From positions 3,456,001 to 3,520,000 of the forward strand of contig CM000150.2 of assembly GCA_000004695.1 (NCBI GenBank): a stretch of 64,000 nt of DNA, read 5' to 3'. Position 1 is the stretch's first letter. Each line of letters starts with the position of its first letter. A model generated the notes under the pieces. The model saw only the letters and a program-made list of their open reading frames with translations, did no database searches and was not told where the DNA came from. The translations under genes were made by a program, and so were the position numbers. This DNA comes from Dictyostelium discoideum. Taxonomy: Eukaryota. This document shows positions 42,376 through 54,768 of this stretch, piece after piece.

Positions 42376-42751
42376 TTGACAATGATGATATTAAATAAAG
42401 AAACCATCGATTGGATTTCAAATACAATAAAGAAAAGTAAAAGTAATTTAAGTTTTATTAAATCAAAATTATATGATGCATTGAAAGATGGTAATTTAAA
42501 ATTTAAATCAATTCAAATGGCAAAGTATGCATTCGATTTATTGGTACCAATAGATTTTGAAAAATCAAAAATGCAAAGATTTTTTTATTCTGCAGTTATA
42601 AATGTTAATTCCCAACTATTAGAGAATTCAATATTATTACTTGGTAATCATAGTTTTAGTTTCGATATCGAAACTATTAAATTACCATCACTTCAATATC
42701 AAACATTAAATGAAATTATAACAATGATCAACTATTTTTATAATTATACTA

Positions 42752-42790
<39 letters not shown>

Positions 42791-44265
42791 TTAATAATAA
42801 TAATAGCAATAGTAATAGTAATAATAATAATAGTAGTGGTAATAATGAATTAATATTAAATGAAAATGAAATTCAATCATTATTATTACATTTATTAAAA
42901 GAGATAACAATTATTAAACCAGATTATTATTGTTTAGATAAAATTGGGTTCAAATTTTCAAAATTTAAAAATGCTACAATGAAATTAGTATATCATTCAA
43001 TTAAGGAATTAAATGAATGGGCATTGAAATGGATTTTATATAGTGATTTTGATATAAATGAATGTGATGCACATCTAATTTATAATGATGATTTTCATTC
43101 CAATGTCTTTGACATTAAAACAGGTACAATTGAATATTTATCAACAACAACAACAACAACAACAATAAAAAATTTTAGTTTTACTATTGAAGATATTATA
43201 GAATCAATTAATTATTGGTTAAATGAAATTAAGAAACAAAAACGAAATTATCAAATTGAAAAACAAAAACAAAAACAAAAAAGATTCTTTATAATAATTT
43301 TAAATGAACTTTATAAAATGTTAATATCAATGAAGGCAATGACAAAGGATATTCTATTATCGGTCCATAATTTATTTAATGAGAATCAAATTGATATTGA
43401 AAATCAACTTTTATTAGAAGAAACAAAAGAATCAATGTTTATCACTTTATTTAGACATTTATCAATTATTGATAATAGATATATTTCATTCATAATGACA
43501 ATTTTAAAAGGTACCGATGAATATTTTTATATTTTAGAATGTTTAAAACATCAAACAATCACTGTATCAACAATATGTAATTTATCATTTGATGAGATTT
43601 TAAGTAGATTAAGATCATCTTTATTGAAATATGAAGAATCAATATTACCAAACACAACTTTTTATAATATTTTAACTCCATTATTACTGGATTATTGTTT
43701 ATCTTACTATTTAAATATAAAAAGGGTTGATTTATTTTTCAAAGAGTTGGATGAAATAAAGAAATTTCTTTTTCAAAATGAAAAAACTAGAAAAAGAATT
43801 AATAATTCTACATTTTCAAGGGCAATAAGAAACGCAACCAATATTCTCAATGAAGAGGAGATAGATAATCTCATCAGTATTTTACCAAATAATGCCAATC
43901 ATTTTCAATCTATTTTTATTTCTTCAGTTTCACAAAATAATTTTCAAATTGTTAAACATATCCTTAAAAATTATAATGATAGGGAACTATTTCCAGATTC
44001 TGATTCTCCATTATTGAAAACTGTTTTTAGAGAAAATAACTTGGAAATGTCAAAAATTTTATTAAATCATTTAAAATATAGATTTACAAACAATTCTAAA
44101 GATTCACTTTTCACAGAGTCGTTCAATAATGGATTTTTAAAACTTTGTGAATTATTGGTTCAATCATTTCCAGATTATAATTTTAAAATTTCAGATTCAA
44201 TGATAAAAGATATAAAATTAAAAGGATATAATCATATGTTTTTTTCTTTAATTATTAAATATTAA
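40969..44265 (+). CDS. large (about 1098 aa) Asn-rich hypothetical protein, single exon
   Basis: ORF 40831..44265; the first 46 codons are translated from a T-rich tract, so the likely start is ATG 40969 (MLSTEILFWKVIRNKYLFRKIF...); poly-N tracts (41600-41640, 42290-42372); C-terminal region has weak ankyrin-like periodicity; no catalytic motif seen. Confidence 0.55.
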
Positions 44266-44587
44266 AAAAAAATAAATAAAAAATTAAAATAAATAATAAT
44301 TATATCAGTACTATAAATTCAGTAAATCTTTTTTTTTATTATATATTAAAATAATTTTTAACTTTAAAAAATAAAATGAAAAAAAGAAAGAAAATTATTT
44401 ATATAATTTTTTTTTTATATATTTTTTTTTATTTTATTATTTATATTTTTTTTTTTTTTTTTATTTTTTTTTTTTTTATATATGTAACATATGTTGTTAT
44501 TTGAGTAAAAAAAGGTGAAGCATTAATGTTGTTATTAATTTTAATAATATATTTTTTTTTTTTATAATTTTTTTTTTTTTTTTTTTT

Positions 44588-47500
44588 TTAACCAACTCTA
44601 GGAATACAAACTTTGACATCAACAAAGAGTAATACCAAGAAACCAAGTACCAAGAATAAAACAATATTGTGAGCATGGTATGAAGAAGCATATGGCCATT
44701 GTTTTTCACTTTGACGAAGAGCCATTGGAATGAAAGACCATAAATGCCATAAGGTAGAGAAAGAGAAACCAGCTACGACAACCAAAAGCCACATATCATT
44801 TTGGAAACAATTAAATCTAAGTACAGCACTCATCATAGCCAAGATATTAACAACAAAGAGGATAATATTTGGAAGGAAAAGTCTTGAATTTTTAATGGTA
44901 TCAGATTCTTTGTTTGAAGTACGGAAAGATTGTTCAGCCTTATGTTTACCACTTGATTCTTGAGCATTATCATTTTCATTGACCAATTTAGTTTGACGGA
45001 AAACTTCACAAACTACTGGTTTCTTTACGAAATCTCTCTTCCAATTCCACATGGCTAACTTATGACGACTAATCTTTCTAGCTTTAAGAAGTTTAACGAT
45101 TGAAGCGGAACCTTCTCTCCATGATGAAATATAAGTACCAGCAAAACCAAAGAAAGTTTGTTCAGCTCTCCAAAGATCAGTAGCTTCTACCCAAAGTGAT
45201 GGACCACTCTTACCGGCTTCATAAGGTCTCTTGGCTCTAAGAATCATATATTGAATGACTCTTGGTAACACCATTACAGGAATCATACCGACGAGAATGA
45301 AAATGATTGGATCTTTTACAACGATTGGTACAGTCCAAATACTCATAATTAATGGAGAAGCACCATAGAAGAAAGCAGTTGGTGAAAGGAATGGATAAAT
45401 ACAAGAATCAAGATTGTAAAGCATCTTTCTCCAACCAAGTTTACCTCTAATGTAACCCCAAGGAGTGAGAGAGAAAATTTCAACTGCACCTTGAGCCCAA
45501 CGTTTTCTTTGTTCCAAAGTTTCTTTAAGATCTACTGGAGCGGTACCAACTACAAGTACTTCATTGTGATACCAAGATTTGTAACCACTAACTTGTAATT
45601 TCATACCAGTATACATATCTTCTGTTACAGAGTTATACATAATACCACCGATATCATAGAGTGGTTGACGTCTGAAAATAGCGTTTGTACCTACGAAAGG
45701 ACAGGCATTGTTTGCAGAACGACCTTCCATTACTGGACCATAAAACTCCATATTACGATGACCTAATGGATCGTCTACTGGATAAATGTTACTAAAGAAT
45801 TGTGGTGTTTGAACAAAAGCCAAATCTTGACCTTCATCACTGTAAAAGTATGGTAAAACTCTTTTGAGGAAATCTGGATGAGGTTGTTGATCTGCATCAA
45901 GTAAACCAAGGAACTCGTAATCGGCTTTAGTTGATTCATTAAAGAGGGCATTATTGATGTTACCTGCTTTATTATGTGGAATGGGTGGTTTACGTCTACG
46001 AAGGTAGGTACATTTTGGTGAAACTATTGGACCATCACAAGTATCGAAATCTATACGTACATTACCGGAAGAGATTTCATCCCATGGTAACTCTTGTCTA
46101 CCCATCATCAACACTTGATATTGTGCCATTGCTAATGCTTCAGTATTGAGGAATCTAAGACGATGTTGATTATTCAATTCGGAAACAAAGTTTCTAACAT
46201 AATCTTTCTTTAAGAGAATTGAACGAATCAATGGACGGAAGAATGCTGAACCATGCCATAATGATTGGAGGGAGTCAATGGTAAAGTTGGAAATCTTTTC
46301 ACTCTCACTCTTTGTGAATGTACGATATGGTGAGAAATTATCATCACGAAGTTTAGCGATTAAAGCACGTTCAGCATCATCGGCATCTCTTGGAATCTCT
46401 TGACCAACACCAAACCATGAATTCAATAGGAAATATTCAATAAACCATTGAACCTCTGCTTCAATGACTTCCTTTGTTGAGGATTCAATCTTTGAACTGG
46501 TTTCATTTAGAATACCATGTGGATCTTCATGTTGACTTGTTACAGGTGGACGAATATTGTGAACGGAATAAACTGCCTTTTGTAAGAGTACATAAAGGAA
46601 ATTCTTTTCAACCGATTGAAGATGTGCCCAACCTCTTGATTCACGATAATTTACAGAATCATCCAATAAACCAATCCAAAGGTTTTCACTTGGATAATCC
46701 ATAGAGATTGCAGTTCTAAAAGTACGTGATACAATGGATGGTGGTTCTTTGTAAGTACAAACGTACATCATAACGGTTGGATGCTTCTTTCTTCTCTTGG
46801 CAAGGATTTGTTCCAATGTTACCACCAAAACAAAAGTACATGGATTGGTAAAGTTATTCAAATGCAATGCTGAACCCAAAAATGAGATAAACTCTACAAT
46901 GATGAAAAGGATTGAATAAGAGAATGTGATATAATCGGTTCTATTCATTGTCCAACCGGCACGATATGCAAAGTAAAAAATATTCCAAATTAAAAATACC
47001 GCCATGGTTGCTTGAAGAATTGCATGAGAAAAGTATGGTTTAACTTCAAATACAACCTCCTTCTTCTCTTCACCAATGATTGTCTCTAATGTTTCAGAAT
47101 CTTCTTTGGCGACATGTTTCTTTTTACTTAATTGCATTGATGATGGTTTCTTCTTTTGTGATGACAACTCTTTATCTTTTTGCTTTTGTTGTTGTTGCTG
47201 TTGTTGTTGTTGCTGTTGTTGCTCTTGGTATACCTTGTGTTGACGCATTTTCTCTTCCATCTCTGCTAAACTAATATCAGGATCAACCAATGTATCAAAT
47301 CTTTGACCGCCACTTGTTGTGCCATATTCCGATGATGGAGAATTCATTTCCTTTGGGAACTGTTTCTTTTGTTCATCATTACCGCTGCCGCCACGAGAGT
47401 TTGAAGATGATGGTAAATCATCCATACCTTCACTAATTGGTAAACCTTCGGTTATATTACCATCGTCACCACTACCACCATCATCTTCACCAAAGTCCAT

Positions 47501-47767
47501 CACAGTATTCTTTTTCTTTAAAACACCACTACTCTTTAACTTTCTCTCTGAATCTTTTCTAACAGATTTCTTTTTTAAATCTCTTGCTATCCATTTCAAA
47601 TTGCTTTGTGATGGTTTTGGTTTTAAATTTCTACTACTTTGATTATTACCAATATCTCTACCAATATTATTACTACTATTATTCATACTATTATTATAAC
47701 TACCCCCACTACTATTTATATTATTAGGGGTGTTTATTGGGAAATCACCCCCTTCATTTCTATCCAT
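44588..47767 (-). CDS. dcsA: cellulose synthase (processive GT2 beta-glycosyltransferase), 1059 aa, single exon
   Basis: Uninterrupted 1059-aa ORF with multiple TM helices and the GT2 signature D, D, D, QxxRW (…VLVVGTAPVDLKETLEQRKRWAQGAVEIF…), QTPQFF motif, N-terminal Ser/Asn/Gln-rich region; the length matches what I recall for Dictyostelium DcsA (1059 aa). Confidence 0.92.
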   Translation of the reverse strand: MDRNEGGDFPINTPNNINSSGGSYNNSMNNSSNNIGRDIGNNQSSRNLKPKPSQSNLKWIARDLKKKSVRKDSERKLKSSGVLKKKNTVMDFGEDDGGSGDDGNITEGLPISEGMDDLPSSSNSRGGSGNDEQKKQFPKEMNSPSSEYGTTSGGQRFDTLVDPDISLAEMEEKMRQHKVYQEQQQQQQQQQQQQKQKDKELSSQKKKPSSMQLSKKKHVAKEDSETLETIIGEEKKEVVFEVKPYFSHAILQATMAVFLIWNIFYFAYRAGWTMNRTDYITFSYSILFIIVEFISFLGSALHLNNFTNPCTFVLVVTLEQILAKRRKKHPTVMMYVCTYKEPPSIVSRTFRTAISMDYPSENLWIGLLDDSVNYRESRGWAHLQSVEKNFLYVLLQKAVYSVHNIRPPVTSQHEDPHGILNETSSKIESSTKEVIEAEVQWFIEYFLLNSWFGVGQEIPRDADDAERALIAKLRDDNFSPYRTFTKSESEKISNFTIDSLQSLWHGSAFFRPLIRSILLKKDYVRNFVSELNNQHRLRFLNTEALAMAQYQVLMMGRQELPWDEISSGNVRIDFDTCDGPIVSPKCTYLRRRKPPIPHNKAGNINNALFNESTKADYEFLGLLDADQQPHPDFLKRVLPYFYSDEGQDLAFVQTPQFFSNIYPVDDPLGHRNMEFYGPVMEGRSANNACPFVGTNAIFRRQPLYDIGGIMYNSVTEDMYTGMKLQVSGYKSWYHNEVLVVGTAPVDLKETLEQRKRWAQGAVEIFSLTPWGYIRGKLGWRKMLYNLDSCIYPFLSPTAFFYGASPLIMSIWTVPIVVKDPIIFILVGMIPVMVLPRVIQYMILRAKRPYEAGKSGPSLWVEATDLWRAEQTFFGFAGTYISSWREGSASIVKLLKARKISRHKLAMWNWKRDFVKKPVVCEVFRQTKLVNENDNAQESSGKHKAEQSFRTSNKESDTIKNSRLFLPNIILFVVNILAMMSAVLRFNCFQNDMWLLVVVAGFSFSTLWHLWSFIPMALRQSEKQWPYASSYHAHNIVLFLVLGFLVLLFVDVKVCIPRVG

Positions 47768-48233
47768 TATTTTTTATGACAAGAAATTGAATTTATATAT
47801 ATTTGTATTATTATTATTATTATATTTAAATAAAAAAAGGATATTAAACTATAGTAAGTTGATTTTTTTTTATTATTATAATTAAAAAAAGAAAAATCTT
47901 AAATGGTTAATAATTAATTATAAATAATATAAAAAAAAAAAAAAAAAAAAACAAACAAATAATTATTTTTTTTTTTTTTATTTTTAAAAAAATAAAATTG
48001 ATTGACACAAAACAATATTTAATTTTAAACACACAAAAACATAAATATATATATATTATATTTATTTTTTTTTGATTTAAGAATTTTTTGGAGATTTATG
48101 TTAATTAATTTAATTATTACCCTAAATATTATTAATTTTATATGGATATGGTATTACAAATATATTTAATTTATAGTTTTATTTTCTTATTACAACAATA
48201 AAAAATATAAAGTAAAAACTGTTGTTGTTGTTT

Positions 48234-48264
<31 letters not shown>

Positions 48265-48528
48265 ATTATTTATAAAATTAAATAATAAAAAAAAAAGAAA
48301 AATAAAAAGTATAAATAAATAATTTTAAAAAAAAAAAAAAAAATAATAAAAATAAATAATTAAATAAAAATTAAAATAATTGTTGTATATAAGTGTGATG
48401 TATATAATAATTATTATTACTAAATTATTGTGGTTTGTTTTTTTTTTTTCTATATTTTTTATACATATCACCCAAACTAATAATAAAATAATTAAAAAAT
48501 AAATAAATAAAAAAAAAGGCAAAAAAAA

Positions 48529-48640
48529 CACACACACCCTGTATATGTGCATGCACATATATATATTTAAAAGTGCTAAATCTAAACAATTTGATGGGGT
48601 GGTTGATGTATGTGTGTGGGTGATATTGTGTGTGGTTTTG
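48529..48640. promoter_or_regulatory. candidate upstream regulatory module of dcsA: CA-box CACACACACCC (48529-39), 20-bp perfect palindrome TATATGTGCATGCACATATA (48542-61), inverted G-boxes GTGTGTGGGTG (48611-21) and GTGTGTGG (48629-36)
   Basis: GC-richer island in AT-rich intergenic DNA about 760-870 bp upstream of the dcsA ATG (47767, minus strand); GTGTGGG/CACACCC resembles G-box / CA-rich elements bound by GBF in post-aggregative Dictyostelium promoters. Confidence 0.3.
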
Positions 48641-49576
48641 AAAAATAGTGGTATATTTTGTGGAGGTGGTGGTAGTAGTGATTATTTTAATTGTTTTTTT
48701 TCTTATTATTTCCCTTTTTCAATAAGTTATTGATTGTTATGACAATATTTTTATTATTTTTATTAAGAGCGTTAAATTTTTTTTTTATTTATTAATACTA
48801 ATATGGTGATGATATTACTTTTTCTTTTTTTTTTTTTTTTTTTTTTTTAATTTTATAATTATTTTATTTTATTTTTATAATAAAACCATACAAATATAGA
48901 GTATTTGATTACTAAAAAAAAAAATAGTTATTTTGTAGTTTTTTTTTTTTTTTTTTTTTTTTTTTTGTTTTTTTTTTTTTTCTTTTTTTTGTTTTTTTTT
49001 TTTTGTTTTCTATTCAAATAAAAATAATACAATGAATAAATAATAATTATGATTTCAATGAAAACTTACTTTTTTTTTATTTTGCCAATATTAGATTATT
49101 ATTATTTTGGACAGTATTAAAAAGTTTTTTAAAACTAAAAATAAATAATTGAAAAAAAAAGGGGTTAATAATTATTATTATACATATGGAAATTAATTTG
49201 TTGATAACAAATAATTTTTTTTTTTCCAAATCTCCATAAATTTGTTATTACTCTTTATACAATCAAAATTAAAATAAATAATTAAATAAAAACACACGCT
49301 ATTGCTACACTACTAATACTAACGACTACCGTTTCTACTCTCTCTCCTCCCTTAAACAACAATATATTAAAAAAAAATTTAACTGGCTGTTATTATTTTT
49401 ATAATTATTATTATTATTTGAGATTAAATTATTTCAATTTTTTTTTTTAAAAAAAAAAAATTTTAAAAAAAAGATATTGAATTAAAAAAAAAATATATGG
49501 AATTATTCTTTTTTAATTAAACTATTAGTTAAATATAATTATTATTATTTTTTTTTTTTTTTTTCCAATTAATTTT

Positions 49577-49610
<34 letters not shown>

Positions 49611-49802
49611 TACAATTATATTGTGTTTAAATAATAATTATAAATATTGGAAGAAAAAAAAAAAAAAAAAAAAACTTGAAGGGGGTAGTGAGTGTGAGAG
49701 TAAAAGATAGTGGTGAAGTGTGGTTAAAACAAATAATAATTTAATTTTCAAAAATAGATAGAGATGGGTTGTGCAATTATTTATATTTATAGGTTATTTA
49801 TT

Positions 49803-49849
<47 letters not shown>

Positions 49850-50833
49850 AGGGTCCTTACAAATTTTAATACAAATAATTCGGGTATAATTAAATTAATA
49901 TTGAACAAACTTTATCGTTTTTATATTGTTGTTTCTCTTTTTTTTATATATATATATTTTTTATATATATATATTTTTTTTTTATTTTTTATTTTTTATT
50001 TTTTATTTTTTTTTATTTTTTTATGTAATGTTACTATTATATTGTTTATTTTTTTATTAATTATATATTATCTACAACTAATTAAAGTGTGAAATTCATA
50101 ATTATGAAGTTATTTTTATGATCAAAAAAAAAAAAATTAAAAATTAAAATTAAAAAATAAAAAATGAATAATATTTTAAAATAGATTAAAATAAATTCGA
50201 TGTTATTATTGTTAATTTTTTTAAAAAAAAAAAAGAACAAATAAAAATACTTGAATTGTTTAATTATTTGAGTATTCAAGAATTTGGGTGAGTGAGTGTG
50301 GTAGAATATGTTTTTCCATAAAAAAAAATATATTTTTTACTGAAAGTGAAATTACAAATACTAACCCAAACACGACTTTTTATTTTAAATTGGGTAATAA
50401 AGTAAAAAAAAAAAAAATAAATAAATTTGAAAAAACAATATTTTTTTTATTTTTATTTTTTAATTACAATAACCTCTAATTGTTGTAAAATAAAATAAAA
50501 TAAAATAAAAATACCTACTTTGAATTATACAAGTTTATTATTTTTTTTTTTTTTTTTACTTTATGGTTTGTTTTTTGATTAGAATTGGAAAAAAAAAAAT
50601 TTGTTTGTTTTTTTTTTTTTTTTTTATTTATTTAAAATTAAAAAAAAAAAATTTGAATAAATAAATAAATAGAAAATAAAAAATTAAATAAATAAATAAA
50701 ATATGGTCTTTATAGATTAAATTATAATTTTGATGAAGCGTTTATCAATATTATTTTTTTTTTTGTGTATGTGTTTAAATAATTTAATTGAAATTAAATA
50801 AATAACTTTTTTTTTTTTTTTTTTTTTTTTTTA

Positions 50834-50874
<41 letters not shown>

Positions 50875-51158
50875 TTAAAAAAAATATATGTATATATTAA
50901 AAAAATTAAAAAAAAATGGAAATTATAAAAAATAAATAAAAAAATAAAAAACAAATTTATTTGTATATTTTAATTGGCTTCAAAGTAAAACTTGTGTGGG
51001 TACATTCATTTGTGTTTTGTTTATTTTTTGATGATGAAAGAAATCAATTTGGGGAGAGAGTTTAGCACATATTTATAAAATTTATTTTCATATATAAACC
51101 ACACTCACACCCAAAATCATCATTGGGGTGTTTATACAAACACACAAATATTATTTTT

Positions 51159-51212
<54 letters not shown>

Positions 51213-52369
51213 TTTGTGTTTGTGTGTGTGTATGTTTTAAAACACCAAAACTGGTTTTTTTTTATTTTTTTAATTTATATTTTTTATGTAAGATGATACG
51301 ACACAGAATTAATCAATTTGATATGAATTGAAAAACAATAAAAAAAATAACAATAGCAGTATAACGAGAAAAAAATAATAAATAAATTAAAAAATTTAAA
51401 AAAAAAAAATGGAAAATATTAATAAAAAAAAATTTTATCTTATTATAGACGATATGAGTGTACCATTTTCGACTTTAAAACTTTCTAATAAAACATTTCT
51501 TTCTTTTTTTTTATCATTATTTTTTTTTTTTTTATTTTTTTTTTTTTTAAAGTGGTATCACTGACCTTTTTGAGCAACTTTTAATTTTTTTTTTTTTTTT
51601 TTTTTTTTTACTATTTCAAAAAGTTACTTTTCACTACAACTATTTTTAGAAGGTAATCGAGAACTAATCACTAATCTTTTTTTTTTAATACAATCATTTC
51701 TATCGAACTTTAATTTCTATTATCTAACTATTTTTAAGATTTAGTATCAAAAAATAAAAAATAAAAAAATAAAATAAAAATTTTTGGTTAAACGACTGAA
51801 AAAAAAAATATAAAAAGGAGTTTTTAAACAAAAAAAAACATTTACACAAAAAAAAAAGGCGCCTTTTTTTTTTTTTTTCAAAAAAACCACAAACATTGTT
51901 ATTTGCTGATTTTATTTTTTGGATTTTTTTTTTTTTTTTTTTTGATTTGAATTTTTTATTAATTAAAAAAAAAAAAACAAATTATAAATACCAATATTAA
52001 TTGTTGATTATTTTAAAAAAAACTGTTATTTTATAGTTAATTTTTATTTTTCTATTGGGCAATAAATATATTTTTTATTTTTTTAATTTTATTATAAATT
52101 AAATCATTCAACTCTCCAATACATTTCTTGGTCAATAGTTTGATCTTTAACCTTGGACAATGTACTTTTTAAAGATTTGTTACATATTTTGATTTCACCA
52201 GCTGATATTATGGATTAAAAAAATTTTTTTAAACAGTCTTTTCCAAATTTTGTTTTTTTTTTTTATTTTTTTGCACAATAATTTAAAAAAAAATTTTAAG
52301 TAAATATAAAAATATTTTATTTAATTAGATATATGTTAAGAATTTTTTTTATTTTTTTATTTTATTTAT

Positions 52370-53356
52370 TTAATTAAAAAAAAAAAAGAAAAAGAAAGAT
52401 ACAAAAGTTAAAGCAAATGAGAATAAATTGATTTTAATAAGATTTGAAGAATTAATTTCACTAAAATCAACAACGTCATTAATTTCAAAGAATTCATTTC
52501 TTATTCCACTATTACCATTTTCATTTTCATCGAAATTAGTATTAATACTACTCAATGAGAATTGATCGATATCTCTAATTGGAATCTCTTTTGAATTTTC
52601 AATTTCACTACTAAAACTTTCAATTTTATCATCACTTTGACTAGACTGATAACTATCAAATGAATTAATATTATTATTATTATTATCACTATTATTACTA
52701 TCACTATTATTACTACCACTACTACTACTACCACTACTACTACTACTTTGACTAATATTATTAATTATTGTATGATTATTAAAGAAATTTAAATCATCTA
52801 ATGGTATAATTTCAATATGATTAAGTGGAATAATTAAAGGATCATTTGAAATTGAAGTTGGATAAATATTTGGTCTTTTAATATAGATTTTAATGTAACC
52901 ATCATTTTGATCCACATTTTCAATTTTAAATTTTATGTATTCACCATTAATAGCACGGAATGAATATGATTTACTGAATGGACCTAATGGTTCTTGAATT
53001 GATTCATAGAAATCATAATAATATAATTTGAAATTAATATTTGAAATAACTTCAATTGTGAAAAACTTTTGATCACCATTATTAAAATATCCTAATGATT
53101 GGTTTGCACCTAACATTATCATATCTGTTGAAATTTCACCACCTGCTAAATGATATTTATTATTATTATTACTGTTACTACTACTATTATCATCAACTAA
53201 AACCTCTTTAACTCTTGAATAAACATAATCTATTGCACCTTCATGATTTGAATAAAATACAATAAAATGATTTTGTTGTTCTTCATCTTGAATATTTTGT
53301 TGACAAGAAATTAGTTTTATTAAAACTAAAAAAATAAATAATAATATTAGTTTCAT
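52370..53356 (-). CDS. secreted / GPI-type protein of unknown function (328 aa), single exon
   Basis: Signal peptide MKLILLFIFLVLIKLISCQQ, Ser/Asn-rich central region, hydrophobic C-terminal tail [23 protein letters not shown]. Confidence 0.55.
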   Translation of the reverse strand: MKLILLFIFLVLIKLISCQQNIQDEEQQNHFIVFYSNHEGAIDYVYSRVKEVLVDDNSSSNSNNNNKYHLAGGEISTDMIMLGANQSLGYFNNGDQKFFTIEVISNINFKLYYYDFYESIQEPLGPFSKSYSFRAINGEYIKFKIENVDQNDGYIKIYIKRPNIYPTSISNDPLIIPLNHIEIIPLDDLNFFNNHTIINNISQSSSSSGSSSSGSNNSDSNNSDNNNNNINSFDSYQSSQSDDKIESFSSEIENSKEIPIRDIDQFSLSSINTNFDENENGNSGIRNEFFEINDVVDFSEINSSNLIKINLFSFALTFVSFFFFFFFN

Positions 53357-53474
53357 TACTATTTTTAATTCTTTTTTTTTTTTTTTCCAAATATTTTTTT
53401 TATTTTTTTTTTTTTCGGATGGATTTTAAACAAAAAAAAAAAAAAAAAAAGGCTGGTATGTAAATGGGTATTTT

Positions 53475-53508
<34 letters not shown>

Positions 53509-54528
53509 TTTATTTTTTTCTTTTTTCGATTTTAAAAATTAAAATTTTAAAAATAATTGGTTATAAAAATGACAATAATATATCTGTTTGTATTTATGTG
53601 TGAATATTAAAATCTTGTCTCTTTTTCTTTGTAATTTTTAAAAAGAAAAAATAAAAAGATAAAAAAAATAATTTAAAAATGAAATAAAAAAATAAATAAA
53701 TAAAACATTACATATCTAAATGAATTTTCGAATGTGGGTTTTTTTATTTATTATAAAAAAAAAAAAAAAAAAAATAAAAAATAAGAAAATAGAATATTTT
53801 ATTATGTCAAATTTTAAAAAAAAAAGAAAAAAAAAAAAAAAAAAAAAGAAAAGAAAAAAATATTAAAGATGATGGGATTGAGGAAAAATTATTAAAAAAA
53901 AAAAATCATTTGGATGAATTGAATATTAAATCAATACTAAATTTAAATATTCATCAAATCAATAAATTCCATTGAACAATAATTTAATTTATTTTCTAAG
54001 ACATAGTTAAATAGAAATATAAAAAAAATATCCTAATTTATTTTTTTAATTTTTTTTTTTTTTTTTTTTTTTATTATTTTTTTTTTTTAACCTATGTTTG
54101 AATATAAATATCTTGTTTCTTTTTCTTTGTAATTTTTATAATAAATAATATCATGAATTGACAATAAAAAAAAATCTGAGTCAGCACACAGACAAGGTGT
54201 TATTTCTGAATAAAAAAAAATTCAAAAAAAAAAAATTTAAAAATACAAAAAATAAAAAAAAAATAAAAAAAAATAAAAAAAAAAAAAATAAAAACAAAAT
54301 ATTAATTAATTTTATGTCATTAATAAAACAAAACATAATAATAAAAATAAATATTATTTATTATGAAATAAAAAAAATAAAGAAAAAAAAAAAAAAAATA
54401 AAAGTAAAATAATATTGTGGAAATAAAAAAAAAATAAAAAAATAAAAAAATGAATAAAATATATGAAAATAATAATAATTTTGAAAACCAATTATTTAAA
54501 AAACTATCTTTATGTAAGTATGTTCCAC

Positions 54529-54636
54529 AAATAAATTTAATTTATTAATATCCCACAAACCCCTCCCACCAAAAACAATTTTTAAAAAAATATTTTTACA
54601 TGTTGATGTGTGGGATATTAATAAACTAATTTATTT
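54529..54636. repeat. about 29-bp imperfect inverted repeat (AAATAAATTTAATTTATTAATATCCCACA / TGTGGGATATTAATAAACTAATTTATTT) flanking a 50-bp loop; foldback element 130 bp upstream of the KCTD9-like ATG
   Basis: Arms 54529-54557 and 54609-54636 are reverse complements with 2 mismatches and 1 indel. Confidence 0.8.
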
Positions 54637-54663
54637 CCATTTTTTTTTTTTGTTTTTTTTTTG

Positions 54664-54694
<31 letters not shown>

Positions 54695-54768
54695 TTTTTC
54701 AAATTTTTTTTTTTTTTTTTTTATTAACACCAAATACCACACAATATTAAAATAAATATGTAGCTACC

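Noticed and set aside
46474-47642. Plus-strand ORFs 46474..46704, 47080..47274, 47319..47642 and 44730..44963
   Set aside because: Antisense to the uninterrupted 1059-aa dcsA ORF; short, no start context, no motifs. ORFs 12732.., 12955.., 13554.. are likewise antisense or alternate-frame to the MRNIP-like gene
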